From a virus (Duplodnaviria > Caudoviricetes): a stretch of DNA of 24,391 nucleotides. The notes beneath the pieces are model-generated. The model was given only the letters and a program-made list of their open reading frames with translations, did not search any database and was not told the origin of the DNA. The stretch lies in IMG/VR virus record IMGVR_UViG_3300020414_001776, positions 1 to 24,391 of that record. The stretch is one strand, 5' to 3'. This document shows, piece after piece, positions 6,702 to 15,534 of this stretch. The number at the start of each line of letters is the position of its first letter. Within the stretch, counting starts at the first letter, position 1. The translations under genes were made by a program, and so were the position numbers.

Positions 6702-6965
6702 CTAAGGAAGCGGTCCGGCGTCAAACACAGGGCGGAGCGGAGCGGTGTGCTTTTTGTAGTGATCCATCGACAGATATATGGCGTTGCCGATGTGCCGCCA
6801 CATGGCCTTGGCCTCGTTAATTGACAATCCGGGGTACTTTGCGCCCGTTGTCATGTCGATCACGAAGAACTGCCCCTCTGACGGCTCCATTTCTTCGTCG
6901 AGTTGCCCCTCGATCCACTTCTGCTCTCTTTGCTTGCGCTTGCGGCTTGGCTTGCCTTTGGCCAT
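6702..6965 (-). CDS. Hypothetical protein (87 aa), basic N-terminus
   Basis: Clean ORF with motif 30 nt upstream. Confidence 0.7.
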   Translation of the reverse strand: MAKGKPSRKRKQREQKWIEGQLDEEMEPSEGQFFVIDMTTGAKYPGLSINEAKAMWRHIGNAIYLSMDHYKKHTAPLRPVFDAGPLP

Positions 6966-6987
6966 TCAGTGCTTTTCCGCGCCCTGG

Positions 6988-6995
6988 AGGGTTCC
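6988..6995 (-). promoter_or_regulatory. GGAAnnCT motif (GGAACCCT)
   Basis: 30 nt before ATG 6965, just downstream of the capsid-operon terminator. Confidence 0.65.
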
Positions 6996-6999
6996 TATG

Positions 7000-7022
7000 A
7001 AAAAAGGGGCTCTTGGCCCCTT
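7000..7022 (-). terminator. Rho-independent terminator of the capsid operon
   Basis: AAGGGGC-CAAGA-GCCCCTT extending into a T-run on the - strand. Confidence 0.85.
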
Positions 7023-7051
7023 CTCTCTATTCAGTTTTCGTTTTTAGTGGA

Positions 7052-7375
7052 TCAGTACAGGGAAACCTGAACGGCGCCAGCGGAGAGGCCGGAGTCGTCA
7101 AGAACCACGGAGGTCACGTCATAGACCTCGAAGCGGCCGCGCTCGACGATCACCTTGCCGCCGCCGGAAGGAGCGGTGATGGTGGCGAGGACGGTCCCGT
7201 TCTGATCGGCCACGGTCACAGAGCCAGTGGCGGCGGTGTTGAAGTAGCAGCCAAGGTTCAGGCCTTGGGCCTTAGCGCCGCCGGTCAGGGACTTGGCTAC
7301 GCCATTCGCCAGGATTGTTGCTTCGTCGACAAGGAAGCCTTGGCGCTTCATCATGCCGGTGGATTGTGCTGCCAT
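7052..7375 (-). CDS. Putative capsid decoration / head-associated protein
   Basis: 107 aa, beta-rich G/A/T/V composition, directly after MCP and before the terminator. Confidence 0.6.
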   Translation of the reverse strand: MAAQSTGMMKRQGFLVDEATILANGVAKSLTGGAKAQGLNLGCYFNTAATGSVTVADQNGTVLATITAPSGGGKVIVERGRFEVYDVTSVVLDDSGLSAGAVQVSLY

Positions 7376-7438
7376 TTGTTAGGTAAGCGATAGGAAAGGG
7401 GTGGGACAGTGACGCCTGCCCCAGGCGGATCAGCTAGA

Positions 7439-8362
7439 TCAGGCGACTGCAGCCAGGGTGGGATCGATCTTGGCCAGACGGGAGACGGCACGGCCGTTCA
7501 TCAGAGCCAGTCCGCAGTACCACTCGATGCGGGTCACCATCTGAGGCTTGTCGGTGGCCTCGCCGAGATCACGGACTTCGATGCCGCCGTTCTGGATACC
7601 GGTCAGAGCGGTATCGCCGAAGGACACGACATAGATGGAGGTGGTGCTGTTGGCTTCTGTAGCGCCGAGAATCTCCTGGTTCCGCTCGTCGCGGTCGGTG
7701 ATGAGCACCGGGGTGTCAGCGTACATAGTGCGCTGACGTCCGATCTCGTCGGTGGAGATATGGATGCCACCGTTGATGCCACCGTTGCGGCTACCAGCGG
7801 TCAGGGCGCGGCGAGCAGCCTTCGACATGACCAGGTACTTCTGACCGCCGACGGCGTCGACAGCGTCGAGGGCCTCGTCCAGGGCGGCGAAGCTCAGAGC
7901 GCCGGAGTTTGCGGACTGGTTCTCGATGTACTGGGAGGTGCCAGCACCGACGCGGGCTTGCAGGCCATCGAACTCGAGGCCGTTGGAAGCAGCTTCGGAG
8001 CCCTTGATGAAGACCTTCTCGAAGTTGTGGCGCATGGCGCGGACGCGGGCCTGAATGTTCCAAGCGCGAGCCTCGGGACCTTCCAGCTGCAGGATGGCTT
8101 TGTCGACGCGCAGGTCTCCGCCATACAGATGGAGAGCCTCGCTCTGCATGGAGATCTCGCCGTAGCTCTCGTCGAGAGTGCCGTTCACGTGACGGAAGCC
8201 AACCTCAGGGAGGCTCTCCTCACGACGGAAGCGAATGCTGTTGCCTTCGATGGAACGGAAGGGCAAAACGGACAGGAGATCGCCAGCTGCGAGCTCAGAG
8301 ATGATTGCGAGCTGTTCACCAGAAGTGGCGAACTGGCCCTGTTGAAGCAGAGTTAGGGACAT
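7439..8362 (-). CDS. Major capsid protein (HK97-fold)
   Basis: 307 aa; LLSVLPFRSIEGN..RFRREESLP.VGFR.VN, GGDLRVDK, EFDGL..R and TRIEWYCGLA...RAVSRL are typical of this MCP family; follows a scaffold-like gene. Confidence 0.92.
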   Translation of the reverse strand: MSLTLLQQGQFATSGEQLAIISELAAGDLLSVLPFRSIEGNSIRFRREESLPEVGFRHVNGTLDESYGEISMQSEALHLYGGDLRVDKAILQLEGPEARAWNIQARVRAMRHNFEKVFIKGSEAASNGLEFDGLQARVGAGTSQYIENQSANSGALSFAALDEALDAVDAVGGQKYLVMSKAARRALTAGSRNGGINGGIHISTDEIGRQRTMYADTPVLITDRDERNQEILGATEANSTTSIYVVSFGDTALTGIQNGGIEVRDLGEATDKPQMVTRIEWYCGLALMNGRAVSRLAKIDPTLAAVA

Positions 8363-8504
8363 TTTTCTGAAAAATCAGGTTGATGTGAGTTGGTGATCTG
8401 GGAAGTTCGGAAGGGAGGTGTCACACCTCGGTTCTCCGTTCTGCCCAGGCCACCGAGTCGGCATCTCACCGATCCAGAACCGTGGGCATCTTCCATCTCG
8501 AAAT

Positions 8505-8512
8505 AGGGTTCC
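8505..8512 (-). promoter_or_regulatory. GGAAnnCT motif (GGAACCCT) heading a long MCP leader
   Basis: 150 nt before ATG 8362. Confidence 0.55.
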
Positions 8513-8574
8513 GAATGAGACGCAAGGCGCCCAAGTAGGACTCAGGCAGCCGAGCGCACACTTGGTATTTGCGG

Positions 8575-9312
8575 TCAGACTTTCTTATTGCCAAACGAGC
8601 GGGCAAAGATTTCGGAAGTGCTGAGGCCTTGAAAATCGCTCATAGTTCCGCTGTCGCGGCGCTGTGAGGGGTGATTCATTGCACCTGATCCGTAACCTTG
8701 CTCAGGCTCAAACGTGAACCCGAGGAAGCTATCGGTCTTGTATTGCGAGACCCAATCTTTCGGGTCGACGCGCTTGCCGGATTCCTCGTCGAGCAAGGGA
8801 TCGCCGTTGCTGTCGATCACAGTGAAAGATCCATCGCTTTCGAGGCGCAGGTTTTTGCCTAGCTGATCGAACGCGGTGTCAAGAAAGCGGCCGTTCTTTC
8901 CGCCGGCGGCGGTAAATAGACCCTCAAAGGCACGGTGCCGGTTCATGTGAGTGATCTGCGCCTCGAGCTTCTTCTCGCGGACGGCAGCCTCTTGTCGCAC
9001 AGCTTCAAACGCCTTCTGGCGCTCGAGCTCACGCGCCTCGAACTGCGCTTCAGCTTCTGCTCGACGTGCGCTCTCTTCTTGGAGCCGGTCGTAGGTGGCC
9101 TTGTCGATTCCCTCGAGGGATTGCAGCTTGCTGGCTGACTCCTTCAAGGCTTTCTCCTGGGCCTTGCGAGCATCACGCTCGCTGTGGAGAGCCTTAAGCA
9201 GCTTGGCCACTTCTTCCTTGCTGTAGCTGTCTTGCTCAGTAGAAGGAGCGGCATCAACCTGCTCGGCTTCGGCGCCAGTGTTGACGTCGAGGTTGAGGTT
9301 CTCTTCGGACAT
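8575..9312 (-). CDS. Capsid scaffolding protein
   Basis: 245 aa; acidic N-terminus, long coiled coil (LKALHSERDARK), C-terminal FEP..G.GSG; immediately upstream of MCP. Confidence 0.8.
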   Translation of the reverse strand: MSEENLNLDVNTGAEAEQVDAAPSTEQDSYSKEEVAKLLKALHSERDARKAQEKALKESASKLQSLEGIDKATYDRLQEESARRAEAEAQFEARELERQKAFEAVRQEAAVREKKLEAQITHMNRHRAFEGLFTAAGGKNGRFLDTAFDQLGKNLRLESDGSFTVIDSNGDPLLDEESGKRVDPKDWVSQYKTDSFLGFTFEPEQGYGSGAMNHPSQRRDSGTMSDFQGLSTSEIFARSFGNKKV

Positions 9313-9352
9313 GGGTGCAGCGAGGGATCACCCCTCGTAGAAATTGCCCCTG

Positions 9353-9360
9353 AGTGTTCC
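9353..9360 (-). promoter_or_regulatory. GGAAnnCT motif (GGAACACT)
   Basis: 48 nt before scaffold ATG 9312; the interval contains a 17-nt hairpin. Confidence 0.6.
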
Positions 9361-9364
9361 GATG

Positions 9365-9781
9365 TCAGCAGTTCGGATTGGCCACGACTTGACAGACCAC
9401 GTTTGTAATCATGTGCCCGTCGAAGTCATCGCCCACGCGGTATGGCGTCACGCCAATTTGTATCCAGCCCTCGCCGTCGTAGGCCTCGATCGTGTCGTCA
9501 AGCACCCGAGTCAGTCCGCCCGCGATGTAGCCACTAACTAAGGGGTAGAAGGTTTCGATCTTTTGGATGATCCCGCCCTTCGGCTGTATCCAGGAGGTCA
9601 GTGTCAGCGACCCGTTCACGCAATGCTTGCCGTCGATCGGCGAGCAGTCGCACTCGTCAGACACAAACACGTAGCCGGCTTCGCACGGCTGCGCGCAGTC
9701 ATAGGCCAAGCCCTGGTTTTCACCCTTTTGGCAGCGGCACTTACGCGCGCACCGTCCCATTTCTGCCGCTCGTAAAGCCAT
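9365..9781 (-). CDS. Hypothetical protein with Cys-rich N-terminal half
   Basis: TGATG overlap at 9781 gives MALRAAEMGRCARKCRC...; 138 aa. Confidence 0.7.
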   Translation of the reverse strand: MALRAAEMGRCARKCRCQKGENQGLAYDCAQPCEAGYVFVSDECDCSPIDGKHCVNGSLTLTSWIQPKGGIIQKIETFYPLVSGYIAGGLTRVLDDTIEAYDGEGWIQIGVTPYRVGDDFDGHMITNVVCQVVANPNC

Positions 9782-10152
9782 CAGAGGGGCCACTTCTGGA
9801 GAGGACAGAGTTGATCCGGATCACCGCCGACCCAGGTCTTGGCTTCCATAAAGCAGCCGCACTCGCTGCAGCGCTTGTCCTGTTTGCGGAATGCGGGGCA
9901 GTGATTGCAGATCGCATAACGCTCCTCGCGAACCTCGGCAGACACTCGACCATTCCTGATCCCCTGCATGGCAACCCTTCCAAGGCTGCCAGCCATCTGA
10001 CCCAAGCTTGCTTTTACCGAGGGTGACTCGACGGGCTTTTTGTGTAAGGCCTTCATCTTTTCGCCAGCCACGTTCCGAGATTTAGGCCAAGCAGACACAG
10101 GTCCCGTTGGCAGGACGCCAGCGCTGCGCAAGTCTTCGACGGAATTGATCAT
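9781..10152 (-). CDS. Small Cys-motif protein (DUF6171-like)
   Basis: ERYAICNHCP...RCSECGCFMEAKT...CPLQKW pattern. Confidence 0.75.
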   Translation of the reverse strand: MINSVEDLRSAGVLPTGPVSAWPKSRNVAGEKMKALHKKPVESPSVKASLGQMAGSLGRVAMQGIRNGRVSAEVREERYAICNHCPAFRKQDKRCSECGCFMEAKTWVGGDPDQLCPLQKWPL

Positions 10153-10174
10153 GGCCGACTTATCTAGTCGGCCT

Positions 10175-10182
10175 ATGTTTCC
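10175..10182 (-). promoter_or_regulatory. GGAAnnCT-class motif (variant GGAAACAT)
   Basis: 30 nt before ATG 10152, followed by a perfect 8-bp hairpin. Confidence 0.6.
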
Positions 10183-10184
10183 GA

Positions 10185-11873
10185 TCAGAGCGTCGCGATC
10201 CGCGACTGAAAGTCGGCGAAGTCGGTGGCCGCTGCCACCTCAGCCTTGAGGGTGGTCAAGGAGATGAAGTTGCTGGTGGGCTGGAACTTCTGGTCGGTTG
10301 CGTCCCATTGCAGGATGTCGCCATCGACAAGCTGGATCTCGGTTGCATTATCTGTGCCATCAGAGATCTCGATCAGGTCGTCCTCAGAAGCGCCGTCGAC
10401 AACTGACTTGAGAACTGTCGACTCAATGATGAAGCTGTCGATATGACTCGAGCAGTTTGTGCTGTTTGCAGTGTCAAGAATGAACTCTTGCCAGGCGCCA
10501 CTATTCACCCGGACATAAAGGGTTGACCCGTCAGTGATGCCAGTGACGGTGCTCTCGTAATCGTTGCCGTCGATGTCCGACCTGGAGAAGATCGCGCCGT
10601 TGCTATCTCTCCCGACGTAGGTGGCGGCCTGACAGTAGTTGGGGTTGGTGTTGCTTCTGTAGTACTTGCCCAGCCAGGTCCTGGTGACTGGGGGATTGAT
10701 TTTCAGAGCGAAATCCTCCATCTCTTGGATGCCCAGGGAAACCGCTCCGGTCTCGCCGTTGACACTGGCGACAGCGCCACCGCCACCGCTCACAGTGCCC
10801 GGGACCCATTGAGAGTTCGCTGCGTCGTAAACAAGGGCCTCGCCGTCCACGACACCAGTCGTGTCGACATCAAGTAGCTCATGCAACTCGCTGAGATAAG
10901 CGCCGCGACCCTCGATAGGGACAACAGTCACAGTGACACCAATGGCAGCGTCAGAGCTCTCCAGGTTTGTCACCTTGCAGTAAAGCTCACCGCTAGCGCC
11001 TGGCTCGCTGTTGTGATACAAAACGGCCGGAGTCATCTCCAGGGTCTGTGGCCCGGTGGTGATGATCTCCATGATGATCCCGGTGCCGGTGGTTGCCTGG
11101 CTGCCGATGCCTCGGTTGGCGTCGTCGAGGCGCGCCTGGACGTGCGAATAAAAAATCACCCGAGCGGCGTGGGTTGTCTCTACAGAAACGAACTGACCAG
11201 AGCGAGCGACGCCCTCAAGGGTCACATATTCAGACGCGTTGGGCGCAAGCGTTGATGTAGCGAACTGAGGCGCAATCGTGCGGACGGTCCCCTCAGCTTC
11301 ATACAGAGCACGACCTTCGATTGGCACAACAGTCGCGACAATCTCGATGTCTCTATCGACGCTGTCATCGTTGACAACCTTGGCGTAGACCTCTGCGCCT
11401 TCACTGATGTCGTCGTTGAAGTAGTGGACAGCAGGACTGATCAGCAGTGTCTCGGCTTGGTCGAAGAAGACCTCCATCAGCACGCCATCACCCTGGTCGG
11501 GATTGCTAGTGCGAGCACGAGTCGCGTCAGCTGTTCGAGCTGCCTTGCTGCTGTAGAAGACGACCCAGGCAGGGGCGCTGGATTGGACCTTGAGGAACTG
11601 ACCAGCCCGACCGGTGCCCTGCAGCGTGACGTCAGCAGCTGAGCCGGGGGCCAGCGTCCCGGTGGTCACTGCTGGGGTGTTGGCCCGAACGGAACCCGAG
11701 CTCTCGGCGCCGCCACCACTGATCTCCTTGATCGTGTTGTCGATGTGCTTGACGAACAGCTTCCCGTCCGCCGTGTTGACCGCAAGCTCCGCTACGTCCA
11801 GGTCTGCGGCGATAGGGGCTTCACCGGACACGCTGCTCTTCTTCGGCTTGATGCGTGCGATGAAGTCAGCCAT
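10185..11873 (-). CDS. Tail fibre / receptor-binding protein
   Basis: 562 aa; N-terminal DLDVAELAVNTADGKLF fibre-type motif, two tandem ~130 aa beta domains, LxDV...GxxLxW...W repeat, VASVNGETGAV, C-terminal LKAEVAAATDFADFQSRIATL helix. Confidence 0.8.
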   Translation of the reverse strand: MADFIARIKPKKSSVSGEAPIAADLDVAELAVNTADGKLFVKHIDNTIKEISGGGAESSGSVRANTPAVTTGTLAPGSAADVTLQGTGRAGQFLKVQSSAPAWVVFYSSKAARTADATRARTSNPDQGDGVLMEVFFDQAETLLISPAVHYFNDDISEGAEVYAKVVNDDSVDRDIEIVATVVPIEGRALYEAEGTVRTIAPQFATSTLAPNASEYVTLEGVARSGQFVSVETTHAARVIFYSHVQARLDDANRGIGSQATTGTGIIMEIITTGPQTLEMTPAVLYHNSEPGASGELYCKVTNLESSDAAIGVTVTVVPIEGRGAYLSELHELLDVDTTGVVDGEALVYDAANSQWVPGTVSGGGGAVASVNGETGAVSLGIQEMEDFALKINPPVTRTWLGKYYRSNTNPNYCQAATYVGRDSNGAIFSRSDIDGNDYESTVTGITDGSTLYVRVNSGAWQEFILDTANSTNCSSHIDSFIIESTVLKSVVDGASEDDLIEISDGTDNATEIQLVDGDILQWDATDQKFQPTSNFISLTTLKAEVAAATDFADFQSRIATL

Positions 11874-11893
11874 GGGCGCCAGAAACTCCGCCT

Positions 11894-11901
11894 AGTCTTC
11901 C
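11894..11901 (-). promoter_or_regulatory. GGAAnnCT motif (GGAAGACT)
   Basis: 28 nt before ATG 11873. Confidence 0.65.
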
Positions 11902-11903
11902 GA

Positions 11904-14900
11904 TCAGCCAGACCCGAAAGTCCCACCGGAAACTGCATCGAAAGCAGCGAGGCCGTAGCCTTTCGCGATTACCTGAGTGCCCGTCTGAGGCGTCCCGTCG
12001 CCGTTTCGGATTGCCGCATAGATGGCACTTGTTGCTGCGCTGTCAGCGTTGTAGTAACTGGTCGACGGGCTGACTCGAACGGCCTGACCTGCTGTCAGGT
12101 AGAACTCCATCAGAACGCCTGAGCCGCTCGCCGGATCAACGCTCAGAGCGCGTGATGCGTCAGCCGTGCGCTCCGCGGCCGTGCTGTAGAGGACCACCCA
12201 GCAGTCGGCGTCGGCTTGCACCTGATACAGCAGGCCATAGCCACCCAAGCCAGTGAAAGTCGCAAGGCCAGCCGCAGCGGTAACAGTGTCTTCGACGCGA
12301 ACCGAGAAAGTTTCAGAGGCAGAGGCGACGTCGCCAGGCAGCCACGTGGCGCCGTTCCAAAGCAGCACCTGACCGTCTTGGGGTGGGTTGGCTTGTACGT
12401 CGCTTAGCTCGCCCAGGGTGGAGCTGCTTAGATCCTGCGCGACATCGCCAGGCATCCAGTGACCATGGACGGAGTTCCAGATCAGGGCTTGGCCGTTGGC
12501 GGGAACATGACCTGTGCCGGTGGTCTGAACGTCGGAAAGAGCGTCGATGCTTGACGCGGACAGGTCATCACCGACCGGACCAGGCACCCACTTGAGACCG
12601 GTCCAAATAAGACCTTCGCCGCTGTTAGGCGCAGTTGTCGAAGTATCGACATCGCTCAGGTCGTCGATGGCGCTGGAGTTGGTGCCAGGGACCCAGTTGG
12701 TCCCGTTCCACACCAAAGCGTCTCCAGTGCTAGCGGCGTTGGTCGCGGTGTCGACATCAGTCAGATCGTCAAGAGCGCCAGCATTGACGCCAGGCACCCA
12801 CTTCCCGTTAGCGCTATCCCAGACAAGCGCTTCGCCATCGCTGGGCGCAGTGGTTGACGTGTCGACGTCTGACAGTTCATTGATCGATTCTGTCCCCAGG
12901 TCTGCGGCGACAGTGCCCGGCACCCACAGATTGCTGGTGTTATCCCAGACAAGCGCCTGACCGCCTTGAGGAGCTGTGGTGTTGGTGTCGACATCCTGCA
13001 GCGCGTTAATGCTCGAGCTGGATAAGTCAACGCTTGAAACGACCCCAGGAACCCACAGTTGCGCTGCTGCGTTGTAAACCAGGCCGTTGCCATCGCCAGG
13101 GAGCTGGGTGGCTAAATCAACGTCAGTCAGCGACCCCAGCTCGTTGTTGGCAGTACGAGCAACCCAAGAAAGCGCACCGCTGCCGTCCGTAGCCAAGACA
13201 TCACCAACGTCGCCATCCTCCTGTGGCAGGTAGTAAGTGACTGACTCGAGCACACTGGCAGGCATCTTGAGGGAGATGTGAAAACCAGTAGAGGGCGTGG
13301 CGTCGTAGTCGCCGGTCTCGAATCGCAGCTCGGGCCTGTTGGTAGTTACGTCAGGATTGCCGCGCAGGCGAATGATGTTGACGTCTGAGCGCAAATCGAC
13401 GCCGCCTCCGCGGCTGATATAGATCGAGGAGCCAGTCTCATCAGAGCCGCGAATCACCTCAAAGCCGAGGCCCTGAGTCGTGAACTTGTAGCCCATGTCG
13501 TACCGAAGGTTCGACGGCTGACTGGGGTCGTCCCAGTGGAGCGTGCCCAGGCCGTCGATCGTCAACTCACCAGGGATGTATGTCTGTGGTCGGTAGTACG
13601 TGACATCTGCAAGCTGGCCAATCTTGCTCGTAGAGATGTTCGCCGGTGGGCCGTATTCGTTGACCCAAATACCAGAGCGATAGACGAGCACCATCCCGTC
13701 TGCGATCGTGCTGCTTGTGATGGTTACGTCGCCAAGGTCATCAATGTGTTGTCCGCCGATGCCCGTCAGATAGCCGGCGTCGTTGGTCCAGTAGCTGACA
13801 TCGACGTCGTCTTCGAGCTCAGAGACTTTCGAGGCTGCGCCGCTGACGTCACCAACCAGCAGGCCTCGAGCTGTCCACTTGCTCGTCGTGTAGTCATAGA
13901 CCAAAACCTCCTTGTGGGAAGGAGAGGCGGCCGTGACATCTCCTAGGTCGTTGATTGAGTTAGCCGACAGCGATACCGGCGGCGCGGGCAAGTTGACCCA
14001 CTTTGATTGAGTGCCGTCGTAAGCAAGGACGTCGCCATTGGCCACCGTCTGAATGTTTACGTCTCGAACGTCAGCCAGATCCAGATCATTGGTCAGGTCC
14101 AGGATGCTCGTCGGCGCGCCCGAGAGCTCGCTGTAAGCAATTTGTGAGTTCTCCCATTGTCCGCTTGCGTTGTTCCACTTCAGAACTTCCCCGTCCGCAA
14201 GGCTGGCAATCGTGACGCTGCCCAGGTCATCGACCTGGGGCCTGTAGTTGATCCAATTTTGTGCGGTCGCGTCCCAAGCCAGAAGCTCCTTGTCCGTGAT
14301 CAGGTTGGTCGCCTCGAGCGTTACGTCACCGATGTCGCCAAGGTCGTTCCCTGAAATGTTGAAAGCAGGGGCCGAGGAGTTCTTCCACGACCCATCAGTT
14401 CCGTCCCACTGCAAAACATCGCCATCTGCAACAGGGAGGCTGATGTGTGTGTCGTAAAGGCCTGAGAGGGTATTGCTAGGAGTAGCGAACGGAGTGAAGT
14501 CGAATGGTGCCGTGGGGACCGTAATTGCGTTTTGCCCGACATACTTAGCGACGCCTGGAATCAGAGAAACCGAGTCCAGCTTGAACCTACCGCCGAAGAA
14601 CTCTTGCCCCGGGAATGGCATGTCGTCGTTGATATTGACAACACCGCTAATAATTACGCCAGAAGGTTGAGGGATTCCCGAAGTTCCCGAGTCGTTATGG
14701 TCGACTGGGGTAGTGAGAACGGTGCGCTGAGTCAGCAGGCCGTCAACGAAGCAGGCGTAGCGGCCAATGCCTTCGTGGGTGAAGCAGACATGGTGCCAGT
14801 CGTTGTCGACAACAGTGAGCGATCGGGAGCTAACGATGTCTCCCTCTGTTGGCACGTACTGGTTGCCGTGCGTGCCGTACTGACCGCCAAGGCCAAAAAC

Positions 14901-15503
14901 AATCGATCCAAATGCCTGACCCGAAGTTTGGCTGGTGCTGGTGCCCAAGCCGCCTGACTCTGTCGTGTTGCCACCGTCGAGGGTGATCGTGAACGCCCCC
15001 TTACCGAACAGATAGTCCTTGTGTGACCAGACCAGCAAGGAGGTCAGAGAACTGTCAATCCAATCGGCAGGGTCGGACTTAATCCAAAACTCCAGAGTCC
15101 AGGGGTTCGTGCCTAGCAAAGGCGTAAGTGACGGCCCAATAAGGATCGGATTAGGGCGCGGGGTGCTCGGGAAAGACGGCTGGGAGCTGTAAGCCTTGGC
15201 GCCGAACTTGGCGTCATTGCTGTATTGGATTCCTGAGGCGTAGACGTACCCCGTGTCGATCGTGGGATCTTCAAAATTGAGCAGAATCTCAGGCGGCCTG
15301 TTTGGGCTGGCATTGCCTTGACCAACAACAACAGGAGTGCCATTGGCGTCAAGCGTTAAAAGCTGAGCGTTTCCCTGCCCTCGCGCAATTACAAGTTCGC
15401 CGCCGATGATCGGATTTGAGCCGCTTTCGTTGATCTGTCCAGCAATCTCGCCGACTGTGTCCGTGCTGCTCTTCTGAACAATCTTGTCGGGAAAAACAGC
15501 CAC
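11904..15503 (-). CDS. Long tail fibre with LamG/concanavalin A-like domain and ~13 internal repeats
   Basis: 1199 aa; WTLEFWIK...WHHVCFT...FVDG (LamG-like); repeats LxDLxDV-x(7-12)-GxxLxW-x(4-6)-WVPG. Confidence 0.85.
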   Translation of the reverse strand: MAVFPDKIVQKSSTDTVGEIAGQINESGSNPIIGGELVIARGQGNAQLLTLDANGTPVVVGQGNASPNRPPEILLNFEDPTIDTGYVYASGIQYSNDAKFGAKAYSSQPSFPSTPRPNPILIGPSLTPLLGTNPWTLEFWIKSDPADWIDSSLTSLLVWSHKDYLFGKGAFTITLDGGNTTESGGLGTSTSQTSGQAFGSIVFGLGGQYGTHGNQYVPTEGDIVSSRSLTVVDNDWHHVCFTHEGIGRYACFVDGLLTQRTVLTTPVDHNDSGTSGIPQPSGVIISGVVNINDDMPFPGQEFFGGRFKLDSVSLIPGVAKYVGQNAITVPTAPFDFTPFATPSNTLSGLYDTHISLPVADGDVLQWDGTDGSWKNSSAPAFNISGNDLGDIGDVTLEATNLITDKELLAWDATAQNWINYRPQVDDLGSVTIASLADGEVLKWNNASGQWENSQIAYSELSGAPTSILDLTNDLDLADVRDVNIQTVANGDVLAYDGTQSKWVNLPAPPVSLSANSINDLGDVTAASPSHKEVLVYDYTTSKWTARGLLVGDVSGAASKVSELEDDVDVSYWTNDAGYLTGIGGQHIDDLGDVTITSSTIADGMVLVYRSGIWVNEYGPPANISTSKIGQLADVTYYRPQTYIPGELTIDGLGTLHWDDPSQPSNLRYDMGYKFTTQGLGFEVIRGSDETGSSIYISRGGGVDLRSDVNIIRLRGNPDVTTNRPELRFETGDYDATPSTGFHISLKMPASVLESVTYYLPQEDGDVGDVLATDGSGALSWVARTANNELGSLTDVDLATQLPGDGNGLVYNAAAQLWVPGVVSSVDLSSSSINALQDVDTNTTAPQGGQALVWDNTSNLWVPGTVAADLGTESINELSDVDTSTTAPSDGEALVWDSANGKWVPGVNAGALDDLTDVDTATNAASTGDALVWNGTNWVPGTNSSAIDDLSDVDTSTTAPNSGEGLIWTGLKWVPGPVGDDLSASSIDALSDVQTTGTGHVPANGQALIWNSVHGHWMPGDVAQDLSSSTLGELSDVQANPPQDGQVLLWNGATWLPGDVASASETFSVRVEDTVTAAAGLATFTGLGGYGLLYQVQADADCWVVLYSTAAERTADASRALSVDPASGSGVLMEFYLTAGQAVRVSPSTSYYNADSAATSAIYAAIRNGDGTPQTGTQVIAKGYGLAAFDAVSGGTFGSG

Positions 15504-15523
15504 GGACTGGAATCAGCTAGGCA

Positions 15524-15531
15524 AGGATTCC
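15524..15531 (-). promoter_or_regulatory. GGAAnnCT motif (GGAATCCT)
   Basis: 28 nt before GTG 15503. Confidence 0.65.
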
Positions 15532-15534
15532 GAA

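Noticed and set aside
7409-8356. 315 aa + strand ORF
   Set aside because: Antisense shadow of the MCP gene caused by codon bias; the same applies to most other nested ORFs in the track.
12330-14470. CRISPR-like or DNA-level repeat array
   Set aside because: Repeats are degenerate, in frame and conserved at protein level; they are tail fibre repeats.
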